A stretch of DNA of 64,000 bases from positions 32,001 to 96,000 of the forward strand of contig CAXXRD010000002.1 of assembly GCA_963663895.2 (NCBI GenBank), in the 5' to 3' direction. A program made the translations under genes and the position numbers. Below the pieces are notes generated by a model. That model did not search any database, was not told where the DNA came from, and was given only the letters and a program-made list of their open reading frames with translations. The DNA comes from Dehalococcoidia bacterium. Its GTDB lineage: Bacteria; Chloroflexota; Dehalococcoidia; Bin125. Numbering within the stretch: position 1 is the first letter of the stretch; the number at the start of each line of letters is the position of its first letter. Below, in pieces: positions 9,851-19,772 of this stretch.

Positions 9851-11632
9851 ATGCCGCTCGACCCCGTGCAGCTCCTGGTCATGGCCAACCGTCTCGACGG
9901 GATCACCCGCGAGATGACCAACACCCTGGTGCGCACGGCCCGTTCCACCACCCTGGTCGCCCGCGACTTCTCCACCTCCGTCACCGACCACGAGCACCAG
10001 CTCCTGGCCGCCCCCGAGGGCATCCCCGTCCACGTTTACGGCTCGGGGCTGGTCTGCGAGTCGATGGCCGATCTGCACCCCGACTTCCAGGAGGGCGACG
10101 CCTTCCTCCACAACGACCCCTACCTGGGCAACTCCCATCCCGCCGATCACACCATCCTCGTGCCCGTCTTCGTGGAGGGCGCGCACATCTTCACCTGCTG
10201 CGTCAAGGCGCACCAATCCGACATCGGCAACAGCATCCCCACCACCTACACGCCCAAGGCGATCGACGTCTACCAGGAGGGCGCGCTGATCTTCCCTTGC
10301 GTCAAGGTGCAGGAGGACTACACGGACGTGGGCGACATCATCCGCATGTGCCTCAAGCGCATCCGCGTGCCCGAGATCTGGTACGGCGACTACCTGGCCA
10401 TGATCGCGGCCGCCCGCGTGGGCGAAGAGCGGCTCAAGGACCTCTGCCGCAAGTTCGGCCTCGAAACCGTGCGGGACTTCATCCAGGAGTGGAAGGACTA
10501 CTGCGAGCGGCTGGCCGAGGACGCGATCAAGGAGCTGCCCTCGGGCCGCATCCACGCCACCACGGCCCTCGATCCCTTTCCCGGCGTCCCCGACGGCATC
10601 CCCCTCCAGGCAGATATCGACGTGGACACGGAGCAGGGGCGCGTCACCATCGACCTGCGCGACAACCCGGACTGCACCCCCACCGGCCTCAACCTCTCCG
10701 AGTCCTGCTCGATCAACGCCGGCATCTCCGGCGTCCTCACCGTGCTCAACTCCAAACGCGACGCCACCCACTCGCTCGTCCCCAACAACGCCGGCAGCTT
10801 CCGCCGCATCGAGGTCCTGCTGCGCGAGAACTGCGTGGTCGGCATCCCCCGCCATCCCGCCAGCTGCTCCATGGCCACCAACACCGTGGCCGACCGCGCC
10901 CTGGGGATGATCTACTCCGCCTTCGGCCGCCTGGCCGACGGCATCGGCCTGGCCGAGCCCTGCTGGGGCTCCCCCGTCTTCGAGGCGGTCGTCTCCGGCT
11001 GGAACCGCGCCCGCCGGGAGCCCTTCGTGCTGCAGCTCTTCTCCGGCACGGCCGGGGGCCCCGCCACGGCCGAGTCCGACGGTTGGCTGACCTTCTCGAT
11101 CCCCGCCGGCGGCGGCCTCTCCTACATCGACGAGACCGAGGTGATCGAGCAGAAATACCCCTTCGTCGTCTGGGAGACGCGCGTCCGCCCCGACTCGGAA
11201 GGGGCGGGCCGCACCCGCGGCGCCCCCGGCAACATCGCCGTCTACGGCCCCCTGGCCGGCGCCGACCCGATCGAGGCCCACTACTCGCTGGACGGATCGT
11301 TCAACGTGCCCAAGGGGGTCCAGGGCGGCGGCCCCGCCCTCGGTCCCGCCGCCTACCTGATCGATCGCGACGGCGCCACCGTCCACCTGCCCGAGATCGT
11401 GGGCGAGCAGCGCATCGAGCCGGGGCAGAACATCCTCTCCCACTCGGCCGGCGGCGGCGGCTACGGCCACCCCCACCAGCGCCCGGCCCAAGCCGTCCTC
11501 ACGGACGTCGTCGAGGGCTACGTCTCCGTCGCGCGCGCCCGCGAGGCCTATGGGGTGGCGCTGACGGGCGACCCCGACCGGGTCGAAACCTTGCGGGTGG
11601 ACGAGGCCGCCACGGCGGCGCTGCGGGCCTAG
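9851..11632 (+). CDS. Hydantoinase B/oxoprolinase family protein, copy 5
   Basis: Same motif set as copies 1-4. Confidence 0.93.
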   Translation: MPLDPVQLLVMANRLDGITREMTNTLVRTARSTTLVARDFSTSVTDHEHQLLAAPEGIPVHVYGSGLVCESMADLHPDFQEGDAFLHNDPYLGNSHPADHTILVPVFVEGAHIFTCCVKAHQSDIGNSIPTTYTPKAIDVYQEGALIFPCVKVQEDYTDVGDIIRMCLKRIRVPEIWYGDYLAMIAAARVGEERLKDLCRKFGLETVRDFIQEWKDYCERLAEDAIKELPSGRIHATTALDPFPGVPDGIPLQADIDVDTEQGRVTIDLRDNPDCTPTGLNLSESCSINAGISGVLTVLNSKRDATHSLVPNNAGSFRRIEVLLRENCVVGIPRHPASCSMATNTVADRALGMIYSAFGRLADGIGLAEPCWGSPVFEAVVSGWNRARREPFVLQLFSGTAGGPATAESDGWLTFSIPAGGGLSYIDETEVIEQKYPFVVWETRVRPDSEGAGRTRGAPGNIAVYGPLAGADPIEAHYSLDGSFNVPKGVQGGGPALGPAAYLIDRDGATVHLPEIVGEQRIEPGQNILSHSAGGGGYGHPHQRPAQAVLTDVVEGYVSVARAREAYGVALTGDPDRVETLRVDEAATAALRA

Positions 11633-11772
11633 GGCCTACGAGCGCGAAGGGCGCCCGGCCCGTTCGGCGGACGATCCCGCCCCGATCTCCCGCCCGATCT
11701 TTCGCGCCGATCCGCGTTCGGGCGCGCTAGTATCGGATCGTCAGTCGCACGCACGAACCGCGGGAGTCCGCC

Positions 11773-13716
11773 ATGACCACCACCCACCCCGCCCCGGCCC
11801 CCATCGCTACCGCCATCCCCCACCCGCTGGACCCGCTCACTCCGGACGAGATCCGGGCCGCCGCCCAGATCATCCGCGAGGCGCGGCCCCTCGGCGACTC
11901 CGGCCGCTTCGTCACGATCGAGCTGCACGAGCCCTCCAAGGAGGCGCTCACCGCGCCCTCGCCGAACGGCGCCATCCCCCGCGAGGCCTTCGTCATCCTC
12001 CTCGACCGCGACTCCAACACCACCCACGAGGCCGTCGTCGACCTCAGCGCCCAGACCCTCCGCTCCTGGAGCGAGCGCCCCGGCATCCAGCCCTACTTCC
12101 TCTTCGAGGAGTTCGGCGACGCCGTGTCGATCACCCGCAACCATCCCGAATGGCGCGCCGCCGCCGAGCGCCGAGGCGCCGACCCGGACAAGGTCCACCT
12201 CGAGTCCCAGCCCGCCGGGCTCTACGACCACCCGGACGAGGAGGGCAAGCGCATCCTGCGCGTGATCGCCTACCGCCAGCCCAACAAGGACGACGCGCCC
12301 TGGGCGCAGCCGATCGAGGGGCTCATCTGTCTCGTCGACGTGCACAAGCGCGAGGTCGTGCGCCTCGTCGATGAGGAGATCGCCCCCATCCCCAGCGGCT
12401 CCGGCAACTACGACCTCGACGCCGCCGGCCCCGTCCGCGCCGACCTCAAGCCCCTCGACATCGTCCAGCCCGAGGGCGTGAGCTTCAGCCTGAACGGCTA
12501 CGAGCTTGCCTGGCAGCGCTGGCGCATGCGTGTCGGCTTCACCCCCCGCGAGGGCCTCGTCCTCTACCAGATCGCCTATCAAGACCCCGCTCAAGGGACG
12601 GAGGCAAACCCGCGCTCCGTCTGCTACCGCGCCTCCCTAGGCGAGCTGGTGGTCCCCTACGGCAGCACCGGCCCCGGCCAGTACTGGCGCAACTTCTTCG
12701 ACTCCGGGGAGGCCGGCATCGGCCGCTTCGCCAACTCCCTGGAGCTGGGCTGCGACTGCCTGGGCTCTATCACCTACCTCGACGCCGTCTGGACCAACGA
12801 CCGGGGCGAGCCCGTTACCGTCAGCAACGCCATCTGCATCCACGAGGAGGACTTCGGCGTCCTCTGGAAGCACAACGACATCTTCCAGGACGGCAACGGC
12901 TCCGCCGTGCGCCGCTCCCGCCGCCTCGTCCTCTCCTACTTCGCCACCGTCGGCAACTACGACTACGGCTTCTACTGGTACTTCTACCAGGACGGATCGA
13001 TCGAGGTGGAGATCAAGCTCACCGGCGTCGTCCTCACCCAGGGCGTCCCCGACGGCGTCCAGCCCCAGACCGCGACGCTCATCGACCAGAATCTCTCCGC
13101 TCCCAACCATCAACACCTCTTCTGCTTCCGCCTCGACCTGGACATCGACGGCCCCGCCAACACCGTCCACGAGATCCACAGCGAGCCCCTGCCCGCCGGT
13201 CCCGAGAACCCGCACGGCAACGCCTTCCGTAGCGTCGCCACTCCGCTCACCTCCGAGCAGGGCGCCATCCGCGACGCCGACCCCGCCTGCGCCCGCTACT
13301 GGAAGGTCATCAACCCCGCCCGCGCCAACGCCGCCGGCTTGCCCACCGGCTACGCGCTCATTCCCGGCGAGACCGTCGCCATGATGGCCGCGCCCGACTC
13401 CAGCCCCGGCCGCCGCGCCGGTTTCGCCCGTCACCAGCTCTGGGTCACTCCCAACGCCGAGGACGAACGCTATCCCGCCGGCGACTATCCCAACCTCCAC
13501 CCCGGCGGCGACGGCCTGCCCCGCTGGACCCAGGCCGACCGCCCCCTCGAAAACCAGGACGTGGTCCTCTGGTACACGGTCGGCGTCAACCACATCGTCC
13601 GTCCCGAGGAGTGGCCCGTCTCCCCAGTCCACCGCGCCGGCTTCGCCCTCAAGCCCTGGGCCTTCTTCGACCGCAATCCCGCCCTCGACGTCGCTCCGCC
13701 CAGCCACTGCCACTAG
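11773..13716 (+). CDS. Copper/TPQ primary amine oxidase
   Basis: HPLDPLT N-terminus, FFDSGE catalytic Asp, LELGCDC, TVGNYDY (TPQ Tyr), HQH and H.VRPEEWP copper ligands. Confidence 0.95.
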   Translation: MTTTHPAPAPIATAIPHPLDPLTPDEIRAAAQIIREARPLGDSGRFVTIELHEPSKEALTAPSPNGAIPREAFVILLDRDSNTTHEAVVDLSAQTLRSWSERPGIQPYFLFEEFGDAVSITRNHPEWRAAAERRGADPDKVHLESQPAGLYDHPDEEGKRILRVIAYRQPNKDDAPWAQPIEGLICLVDVHKREVVRLVDEEIAPIPSGSGNYDLDAAGPVRADLKPLDIVQPEGVSFSLNGYELAWQRWRMRVGFTPREGLVLYQIAYQDPAQGTEANPRSVCYRASLGELVVPYGSTGPGQYWRNFFDSGEAGIGRFANSLELGCDCLGSITYLDAVWTNDRGEPVTVSNAICIHEEDFGVLWKHNDIFQDGNGSAVRRSRRLVLSYFATVGNYDYGFYWYFYQDGSIEVEIKLTGVVLTQGVPDGVQPQTATLIDQNLSAPNHQHLFCFRLDLDIDGPANTVHEIHSEPLPAGPENPHGNAFRSVATPLTSEQGAIRDADPACARYWKVINPARANAAGLPTGYALIPGETVAMMAAPDSSPGRRAGFARHQLWVTPNAEDERYPAGDYPNLHPGGDGLPRWTQADRPLENQDVVLWYTVGVNHIVRPEEWPVSPVHRAGFALKPWAFFDRNPALDVAPPSHCH

Positions 13717-13720
13717 GCCG

Positions 13721-14695
13721 ATGACGCAGTCCCAGGACCTTCCTGCTGAGGAAACGCGAAGCGACAGTCGAGTTTCCCAGCCCGTCTATCGACCGAACGA
13801 AACGGTTTCGAGGGAGATCGACACTCGCTCTGCCGATTTCTTTGATGTCCTCGAACCGCAAGACCTTGATGAAGCTCTTGCTGAAGTCGCGGACGGAAGC
13901 CCGCTTCATTGGGGCATCGTGCTACAACTCGCCAGACCAGGACCAGAGGTAAACACCGAATTTATCGGGGCTGACTGGCAAATCACCATCATCACCGACA
14001 AGCCGTTTGAACTCCCTCGCTTCAAAAACAATCAGAGCGGGGTGAGTGACCGTATCGACCCACCACTCGCCCTCATAGAGGCGAGGACTGGAGAAACGAC
14101 TGTCAATGCAGCGCGCGATATTGGCAGGCCCCGGGCGCGGGCGTTAGTCGGCTACGTGCGACTGGTGCACCCACTGTTTACCGGAGCTTCGTTAGCGTGG
14201 GAAGGCTTTGTACGCCCGACCAATACACCTGGGGAAGCTGTTTATGGAACAGGGACTAAGGATTTTCACCTCGAAGTTTCAGCCGCAGCGCTCGAGAGAG
14301 TTCGCCCACTCTTACCACCACATCTAAACATCGGTGACCTCTGCGAAGCCGACCGCCTAGCGCTTGAGTGGGTGACTGAAGCGTGGTTGTCAACGTCGAC
14401 CCAAGCGCGATTCACGAACCTCTGGTTCGCGGTGGTCGCCACGGTTGACGCACGTCTCACAAAGAAAGAAAAGGGCGCTATCGGCGGTCAGATGGCTCGG
14501 ATACGATGTCACCTGTTGAAATTGCCGATCTCGACCGCCAGCCTAGAGAACTTACGCGAGGCATTTACTAGGGCCTACGATCTTCGAAACAAGGTTGTCC
14601 ACGAGGGGTACCGTGGCGTAAATCAGCAGGACGTAGCCAACCTCTATGACGCACTCTCCAACTTTCTTCGAGCCGAGATAGGACGCTCCAAATAG
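13721..14695 (+). CDS. Hypothetical protein with C-terminal HEPN-like domain
   Basis: RFTNLWFAV ... AYDLRNKVVHEG (Rx4H); lower GC than the flanks. Confidence 0.65.
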   Translation: MTQSQDLPAEETRSDSRVSQPVYRPNETVSREIDTRSADFFDVLEPQDLDEALAEVADGSPLHWGIVLQLARPGPEVNTEFIGADWQITIITDKPFELPRFKNNQSGVSDRIDPPLALIEARTGETTVNAARDIGRPRARALVGYVRLVHPLFTGASLAWEGFVRPTNTPGEAVYGTGTKDFHLEVSAAALERVRPLLPPHLNIGDLCEADRLALEWVTEAWLSTSTQARFTNLWFAVVATVDARLTKKEKGAIGGQMARIRCHLLKLPISTASLENLREAFTRAYDLRNKVVHEGYRGVNQQDVANLYDALSNFLRAEIGRSK

Positions 14696-14738
14696 CCCGC
14701 CACCTTTGTCACGCCGTCCCGCATGGAGGGTGTCATCC

Positions 14739-15704
14739 ATGAATCTCTTGACGAACAAGAAGTACCTCGCGCTCGGCGGGGGCGTGCTGGCCGTGGCCGT
14801 CGCGGTCATCGTGGTCGCCGTGTGGTACTTCGCCCTCCGCAGCGACGCGCCGCCGCCCGTCAGTCTGGAAGAGGCCGCCACCGTCGCCACGGAGGACCCC
14901 AGCCCGTACGAGGCGGAGACTGTTTCCGAGGTACAAGCTCCTTCCGAGCCGCAAGCTCCCTCCGACCCACAGGCCGCTCCCGAATCGCAAGCCCCGGTCG
15001 AGCCGCAAGCCGGCGCCTACTCGGCCTACCCGGACGCCGACCCGCCGCCCCAAACCGACGCCGGCGCGCAGCCCGAAGAAGAAAGCGTCGCGATAAGCGA
15101 CGGCGAGCCGGCGAGTGCAGAGGCCGCGGCGAGCGACCTTCCCGCCCCCGATCCAAGCGAGCCTCCAGGCCTGATCGGCACCTGGACCGTCATCGCCGAC
15201 GAGCGCTCCTTCGCCGGCTACCGCGTCGACGAGGAGCTCGGCGGGATCGGCACCAACACAGCGGTCGGCCGCACGAGCGACGTCAGCGGACGCCTCACCT
15301 TCGACGGCGCCGCCATCACCGCCGTCGAGATCGAGGTCGACCTCACGACCCTGCGAAGCGACGACAGCCGCCGCGACCGCGCCCTGCGCAGCCGCGGCCT
15401 CGAATGGGGCACCTTCCCCACGGCCAGCTTCGTCCTGAGCGAACCGATCGACATCGGCACGGTGCCCGGGGAAGGGGAGCCGCGCACCTTCACCGTCAGC
15501 GGCGCCTTCACCCTCCACGGCGTCACGCAGGAAGTGCGCATCGATCTCGAAGGCCAGCTCATCGGCGACGTCGTCGCCGTGGTCGGATCGCTCGACATCC
15601 AATTCGCGGACTACGAGATCGTCCCGCCCACGTCCTTCGTGGTCATCTCCATTGAGGACCACGGCGTGATGGAGTTCCAACTGCTCTTCGAGCGCGCCTC
15701 CTGA
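14739..15704 (+). CDS. YceI-like protein with N-terminal membrane anchor and Pro/Ala/Glu linker
   Basis: SFAGYRVDEEL, LRSDDSRRD, FPTASF, FTLHGVT; GGAGGG RBS; QAPSEP-like 6-aa repeats. Confidence 0.9.
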   Translation: MNLLTNKKYLALGGGVLAVAVAVIVVAVWYFALRSDAPPPVSLEEAATVATEDPSPYEAETVSEVQAPSEPQAPSDPQAAPESQAPVEPQAGAYSAYPDADPPPQTDAGAQPEEESVAISDGEPASAEAAASDLPAPDPSEPPGLIGTWTVIADERSFAGYRVDEELGGIGTNTAVGRTSDVSGRLTFDGAAITAVEIEVDLTTLRSDDSRRDRALRSRGLEWGTFPTASFVLSEPIDIGTVPGEGEPRTFTVSGAFTLHGVTQEVRIDLEGQLIGDVVAVVGSLDIQFADYEIVPPTSFVVISIEDHGVMEFQLLFERAS

Positions 15705-16321
15705 GCCACCCGCGGCAAGCCGACCGCGCTTGCGAAAGTCCCCACAATCACAATGTTGACACCCGCGACGCGGTAGTCCACGTTGATCCTGCGGCGGCCA
15801 TCGGCCGCAGGAGGTCCGCGATGGAATCCGGTCCGCACGGGGACATGCTCGACATCCTCGGTGCGCAGCGCCCCACGCTGCGGCATCTGCACGAGGAACG
15901 AAGCGTCTCCGTGCCACGCGCTCGCTACCTCGCCAAGCTCGAGCGCCCCGGTCGTCCCGGCCCCTGCCCAAGCGATGGCTTCGCCGCTCCATACCTCGAT
16001 CGCGGCGCGTTTCCACACCCGAACGCCAACCGCGATCGCTGAAAAGGAAAGGGGGCGCCGCATGCTCGACGACAGTCCACCGCGGGACGCAGAGGCCGCG
16101 CTCTCCCGGCGCTCGCGCATCCGTCGCGATCGTCCTTCCCCATCAAACGGGGAGCGATCCACGTAAGAGCGACCTCACGCTCGGCCATGCCCCGGGGGAG
16201 CGCGGCGACTTTTCCCAGCCTAAGACGCCCGCGCCGCTGCCTGCTCAAGCCGCAAGCCTACTCGGCGCTGGAGAGGCAATGCCTCGAACGGGGGGCGCCG
16301 CCCGAACGTGAGGCATCAGCA

Positions 16322-16915
16322 ATGACAGGCGAAATCCACCTCAACTTCCACGCCAAGCGCGACGCGCACCCCGGCGGTCCCGGCTCCCAACTCTGTACCT
16401 CCACCGCCTGCCTCGCGGATATCGGCCGCGAGCCTCATAAAATCATGCTCGCCACCGACGACGACCGCGACAAGGATCTCACGCGCATCCGCGCAATGGT
16501 CGCCGAAGCCGCCGCCGATCACGACGCCGCCGTCATCCTCTACGATCTCTCCGAGCCCGCCGTCGCCCAAGACTTCGAGTGCACCGACGACTGGAAGCTT
16601 CCCGCCACCAGGGAGCGCCTGGCCGCCCTCGGCCGCGATTTTCTTATCGAGCAGTTCCAAGCCTTCGACACCCACGGCATCGACTGCGCCGCCGCCATCC
16701 CTGCCCAGCACGATCTCGAAACCATGGCTCGCTGGGCCGCCCGGGAAGAAGTCGACCTCATCGTCGTCCCCGGCACCTGGGCCCATCCCTCCATGGCCGA
16801 GCGGCTGCGCGGCCACGTCCTCGCCCGCCTCACGGACCACACCCACGTCCCCGTCGCCGTCTACGAATCCGACGGCTCCTCCTGGCTCGCCAACGCCGCC
16901 GCCGTCCACGCCTGA
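16322..16915 (+). CDS. Universal-stress-protein-like protein
   Basis: KIMLATD N-motif, AAREEVDLIVV, THVPVAVY C-motif; GAGG RBS. Confidence 0.6.
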   Translation: MTGEIHLNFHAKRDAHPGGPGSQLCTSTACLADIGREPHKIMLATDDDRDKDLTRIRAMVAEAAADHDAAVILYDLSEPAVAQDFECTDDWKLPATRERLAALGRDFLIEQFQAFDTHGIDCAAAIPAQHDLETMARWAAREEVDLIVVPGTWAHPSMAERLRGHVLARLTDHTHVPVAVYESDGSSWLANAAAVHA

Positions 16916-17192
16916 CGCCGCCCTCTCAGCCTGCGCGTACGGTAGCCATCCAGATCGCGAAATCGGTGCCGCCGTGCAGAGGGGCTAAGCCAAACTCACG
17001 CGTTGGCTCGTCCGCCTGGCCGAATCCTGCCGACTGAATACAGTGATCGAATGCCTTCGATACAGTGCCGCCTTTGGCGTGCGTAAAAGAGACTTCAATG
17101 CTCCCTTCGATCGATCCTGTGCAGCGACGGTGCCTCTTCAAGGCCATCAAGCATGGTTTGCGGAAGATGGTAAAGTTCGCCGATCCGTAGTC

Positions 17193-17570
17193 ATGTCAAA
17201 GCACGAAACACCGCTCACACGACGCTATTGGCAAGAGATCGGTGGGACCCTGGTCGAGGAATTTCTAGCCGTCCGTGGAGGTCCAAAGCAAGGCTATCGG
17301 CGGCTTGATGGGATCGTAATCTTGGATTCACCACGCAAAATTGCGAATCATCGAGAAGTTGAAATCGAGAATCGAGATATTGTGGTGATTCAAACAAAAG
17401 TCGGCAGGTTAGGCATGCCTCTCCTCGGCCAAGCGCTATTCTCGCGGCATCTGATGAAGTCGTTTCGGCCCAGTAGCGTGGAAACAGTTGCGATTTGTAC
17501 AAAGGGCGATGCCGTACTGGAACCTTTGGCTGCGGAATATGGAGTTAAAGTGGTGGTTTACGCGGACTAG
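17193..17570 (+). CDS. Small hypothetical protein, possible PD-(D/E/Q)xK nuclease fold
   Basis: EEF..V, RRLDGIVI, VIQTK, LLGQALF pattern; lower GC. Confidence 0.5.
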   Translation: MSKHETPLTRRYWQEIGGTLVEEFLAVRGGPKQGYRRLDGIVILDSPRKIANHREVEIENRDIVVIQTKVGRLGMPLLGQALFSRHLMKSFRPSSVETVAICTKGDAVLEPLAAEYGVKVVVYAD

Positions 17571-17776
17571 CGCCATAGGCCACCTGATTGAGAGTGGATT
17601 CGCTCATCTCAAGGGGGAGCAGATTGGCCGGTGGGACATCACCGGCTGCGAGTACGGCACTGAAACCTTGCGGAACGGGGCTTCTGTAGGTCGCTAGTCT
17701 CCCATCTTGCTCCTAATTAGAGCTGGACTCGGCTCTCGGTGGATGGAAGCGCAGTATAACGGGTTCCCGATTCGGT

Positions 17777-19333
17777 CTGCGACGCCCGCGGCAGCCGCTG
17801 CTGGTCTGCCTGGCCGTCCTGGTCGCGGCGGCCGCGGCGATCGGCCAGCCCCGGCCGTCGCCAGAGGGAGGCGTCGCGCAGGCACGCCTGGCGGCGCAGG
17901 CGGAGACGATCACGCTCGACGCGGGCGGGCAGCTCGTCACCTGGATCCTGGGACCCGCGCAGGCCGCCGACGTCTTCGGCACCGTGACTAGCGCCTGGCT
18001 GTTCCAGGAAGCCGAGCAGGAGTGGATCCCCTTCATCCCCCAGCTCGGGCGAACGGACTTCCGCATTCAGAACGGCGACCGATTGTGGGTCGTATCGCCG
18101 TTCGCCCAGACGATCGGAGGCGGCGGCCCCTCGCCCCCAGTGGCGCAGAGCACCGACGCGCCCGGACCGTCGTGCGATTTCACCCAGTCCGTCCCGATGG
18201 TGTTCGCCTCGGTGTTTGAGGTCGTCACCGATCACTGGAGAGGCTCGGCCTTCTACATCGGCAACGACGAGTTCCTGACCGACGCGCACGTCGTCGTCGA
18301 TGCGGCCCGCATCCGCCTCCGAGGGAACGGTCGGAACTCCGCCGCCACGCTCGTGGGGCTTGATAGCAAGGTCGATGTCGCCCTGCTGCGGGCGCCCGGC
18401 GCGGGCCTTGTTCCGCTCGCCGTCGCAGACCTCGCGCGCCTCGGTCCAGGTCACGCGCTCGCCGTCGCCGGTTACCCCACTCGGGTCACAGGGTCGCCGG
18501 CCGTGGCGAGTGGCCTGCTCTCGAAGATCTTCGAAAGGGACGGGGTCACGCTCGTTCAAACCGACGCGGCGATCAATCCCGGTAACAGCGGCGGACCCGT
18601 CTTCACGAAGTGCGGCGCGGTGGCCGCGATGGTGGTATCGAAGCTCGTCGATGAAGCGATCGAGGGCATCGGTTACGCCGTAGCCGCGCCCTCGTTCACG
18701 GCGATCCTGCCCCAACTGCGGGCGGAGGGCTTGGACGCGCTGCCGAACGCCGAGACGTTGGTGATCACTGCCTTCTGTAACGGCGATTGGGTGACGGCCG
18801 AGGACTGCCGCGCGTCAGCGGCGAGCGGCCTCGACCCCAACGCACCCTGGGAGATCTGGGCAGACGGTTTCGAGAACCTGGACAATCTGAACTACAGCCT
18901 GGATGGGGGAGCCGCCCTCACGAGTAACTTCAGCCTGAGCGGCCTCGCGCCCGGCGAGCACACCATTCGTATCAACGAACGGCTCGAAGAGGGATGGAGC
19001 GGCTGGTCGGCGCCGCATACGTTCACGATCCGCGACGCGCCGCTGGTGGTCACCGCCTTCTGCAGCGGCGACTGGGAGACGCCTCAAGACTGCCTGGCGG
19101 CGGCGGCGAACGGGCTCGATCCCAGCCAGCCCTGGCAGATCTGGGTGAGCGGCGCCGAAAACCTGGACCATCTGAACTATCGCTTCGACGCGGGCGTGCC
19201 CGTCCTCAGGAACGACATCAACCTGAGCAGCCTCGCGCCCGGCGCGAACACCGTGCAGGTCAGCGAGCGGCGGACGGAGGGATGGAGCGGCTGGTCGGCG
19301 CCCCACGCGTTCACGATCCGCGGGGCGCCGTAG
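17777..19333 (+). CDS. Secreted trypsin-like (S1) serine protease with two C-terminal ~95-aa repeats
   Basis: TDAHVV, DVALL, QTDAAINPGNSGGP catalytic triad; the same frame extends upstream of GTG 17984 into a hydrophobic signal-like segment; start codon uncertain. Confidence 0.85.
   Translation: MRRPRQPLLVCLAVLVAAAAAIGQPRPSPEGGVAQARLAAQAETITLDAGGQLVTWILGPAQAADVFGTVTSAWLFQEAEQEWIPFIPQLGRTDFRIQNGDRLWVVSPFAQTIGGGGPSPPVAQSTDAPGPSCDFTQSVPMVFASVFEVVTDHWRGSAFYIGNDEFLTDAHVVVDAARIRLRGNGRNSAATLVGLDSKVDVALLRAPGAGLVPLAVADLARLGPGHALAVAGYPTRVTGSPAVASGLLSKIFERDGVTLVQTDAAINPGNSGGPVFTKCGAVAAMVVSKLVDEAIEGIGYAVAAPSFTAILPQLRAEGLDALPNAETLVITAFCNGDWVTAEDCRASAASGLDPNAPWEIWADGFENLDNLNYSLDGGAALTSNFSLSGLAPGEHTIRINERLEEGWSGWSAPHTFTIRDAPLVVTAFCSGDWETPQDCLAAAANGLDPSQPWQIWVSGAENLDHLNYRFDAGVPVLRNDINLSSLAPGANTVQVSERRTEGWSGWSAPHAFTIRGAP
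18758..19320 (+). repeat. Intragenic tandem duplication, 285-bp period
   Basis: LVITAFCNGDW...GWSGWSAPHTFTIR versus LVVTAFCSGDW...GWSGWSAPHAFTIR. Confidence 0.9.
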
Positions 19334-19772
19334 GTCCGTCCGATCGCAGGGAACATGATCGACCCGCTTCCCGCCGTTCCTCTCTCTACTAGCTACTAGT
19401 CTCCAACCGTCACAGGGCATCAGCCTTTGACCTCTGTTCAATAAGCAAGAGATTCAAGCTTCACCAATCCAAACGAACTCGTCCTCGATCCACGGCCCAC
19501 ACTCCCGCCTCCCGTCGCAATCGGCCCATGCTTCCTGCTGTTTCCGACCCCCCGCACACCGCTCCGGTGTCCCCAGGACGGACGTGCACCTCTCGAGTTT
19601 TCGGCAGCACGGGTGGCGCTGGGGCGCCGGTCACGCTTGCCTTCGGTGAGCCGCCAGCCGGAGAATCCGGCCGCGAGGTAATCGGTGCCAGCACCTCTCT
19701 GGCCGCGCTGACCACCCGCAGTCGCTGGTGGCCAATAGACGCGCGGACGGGACAACCACGGACCCGCCGAGC

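Noticed and set aside
1-11632. Diversity-generating retroelement or CRISPR-like explanation for the repeated array
   Set aside because: No reverse transcriptase, no TR/VR pair, no short regularly spaced repeats; the repeats are whole genes
309-13713. Many long antisense and alternate-frame ORFs over the hyuB and amine oxidase genes (e.g. 1637-3508 -, 6145-7689 -, 9797-11491 -)
   Set aside because: Shadow ORFs expected from extreme GC3 bias; low-complexity translations with no motifs
15705-16320. Several overlapping short ORFs on both strands
   Set aside because: No recognisable motif and no clear coding frame
19438-19755. Gly-rich C-terminus vaguely like a RAMP G-loop
   Set aside because: No cas genes or array; similarity too weak
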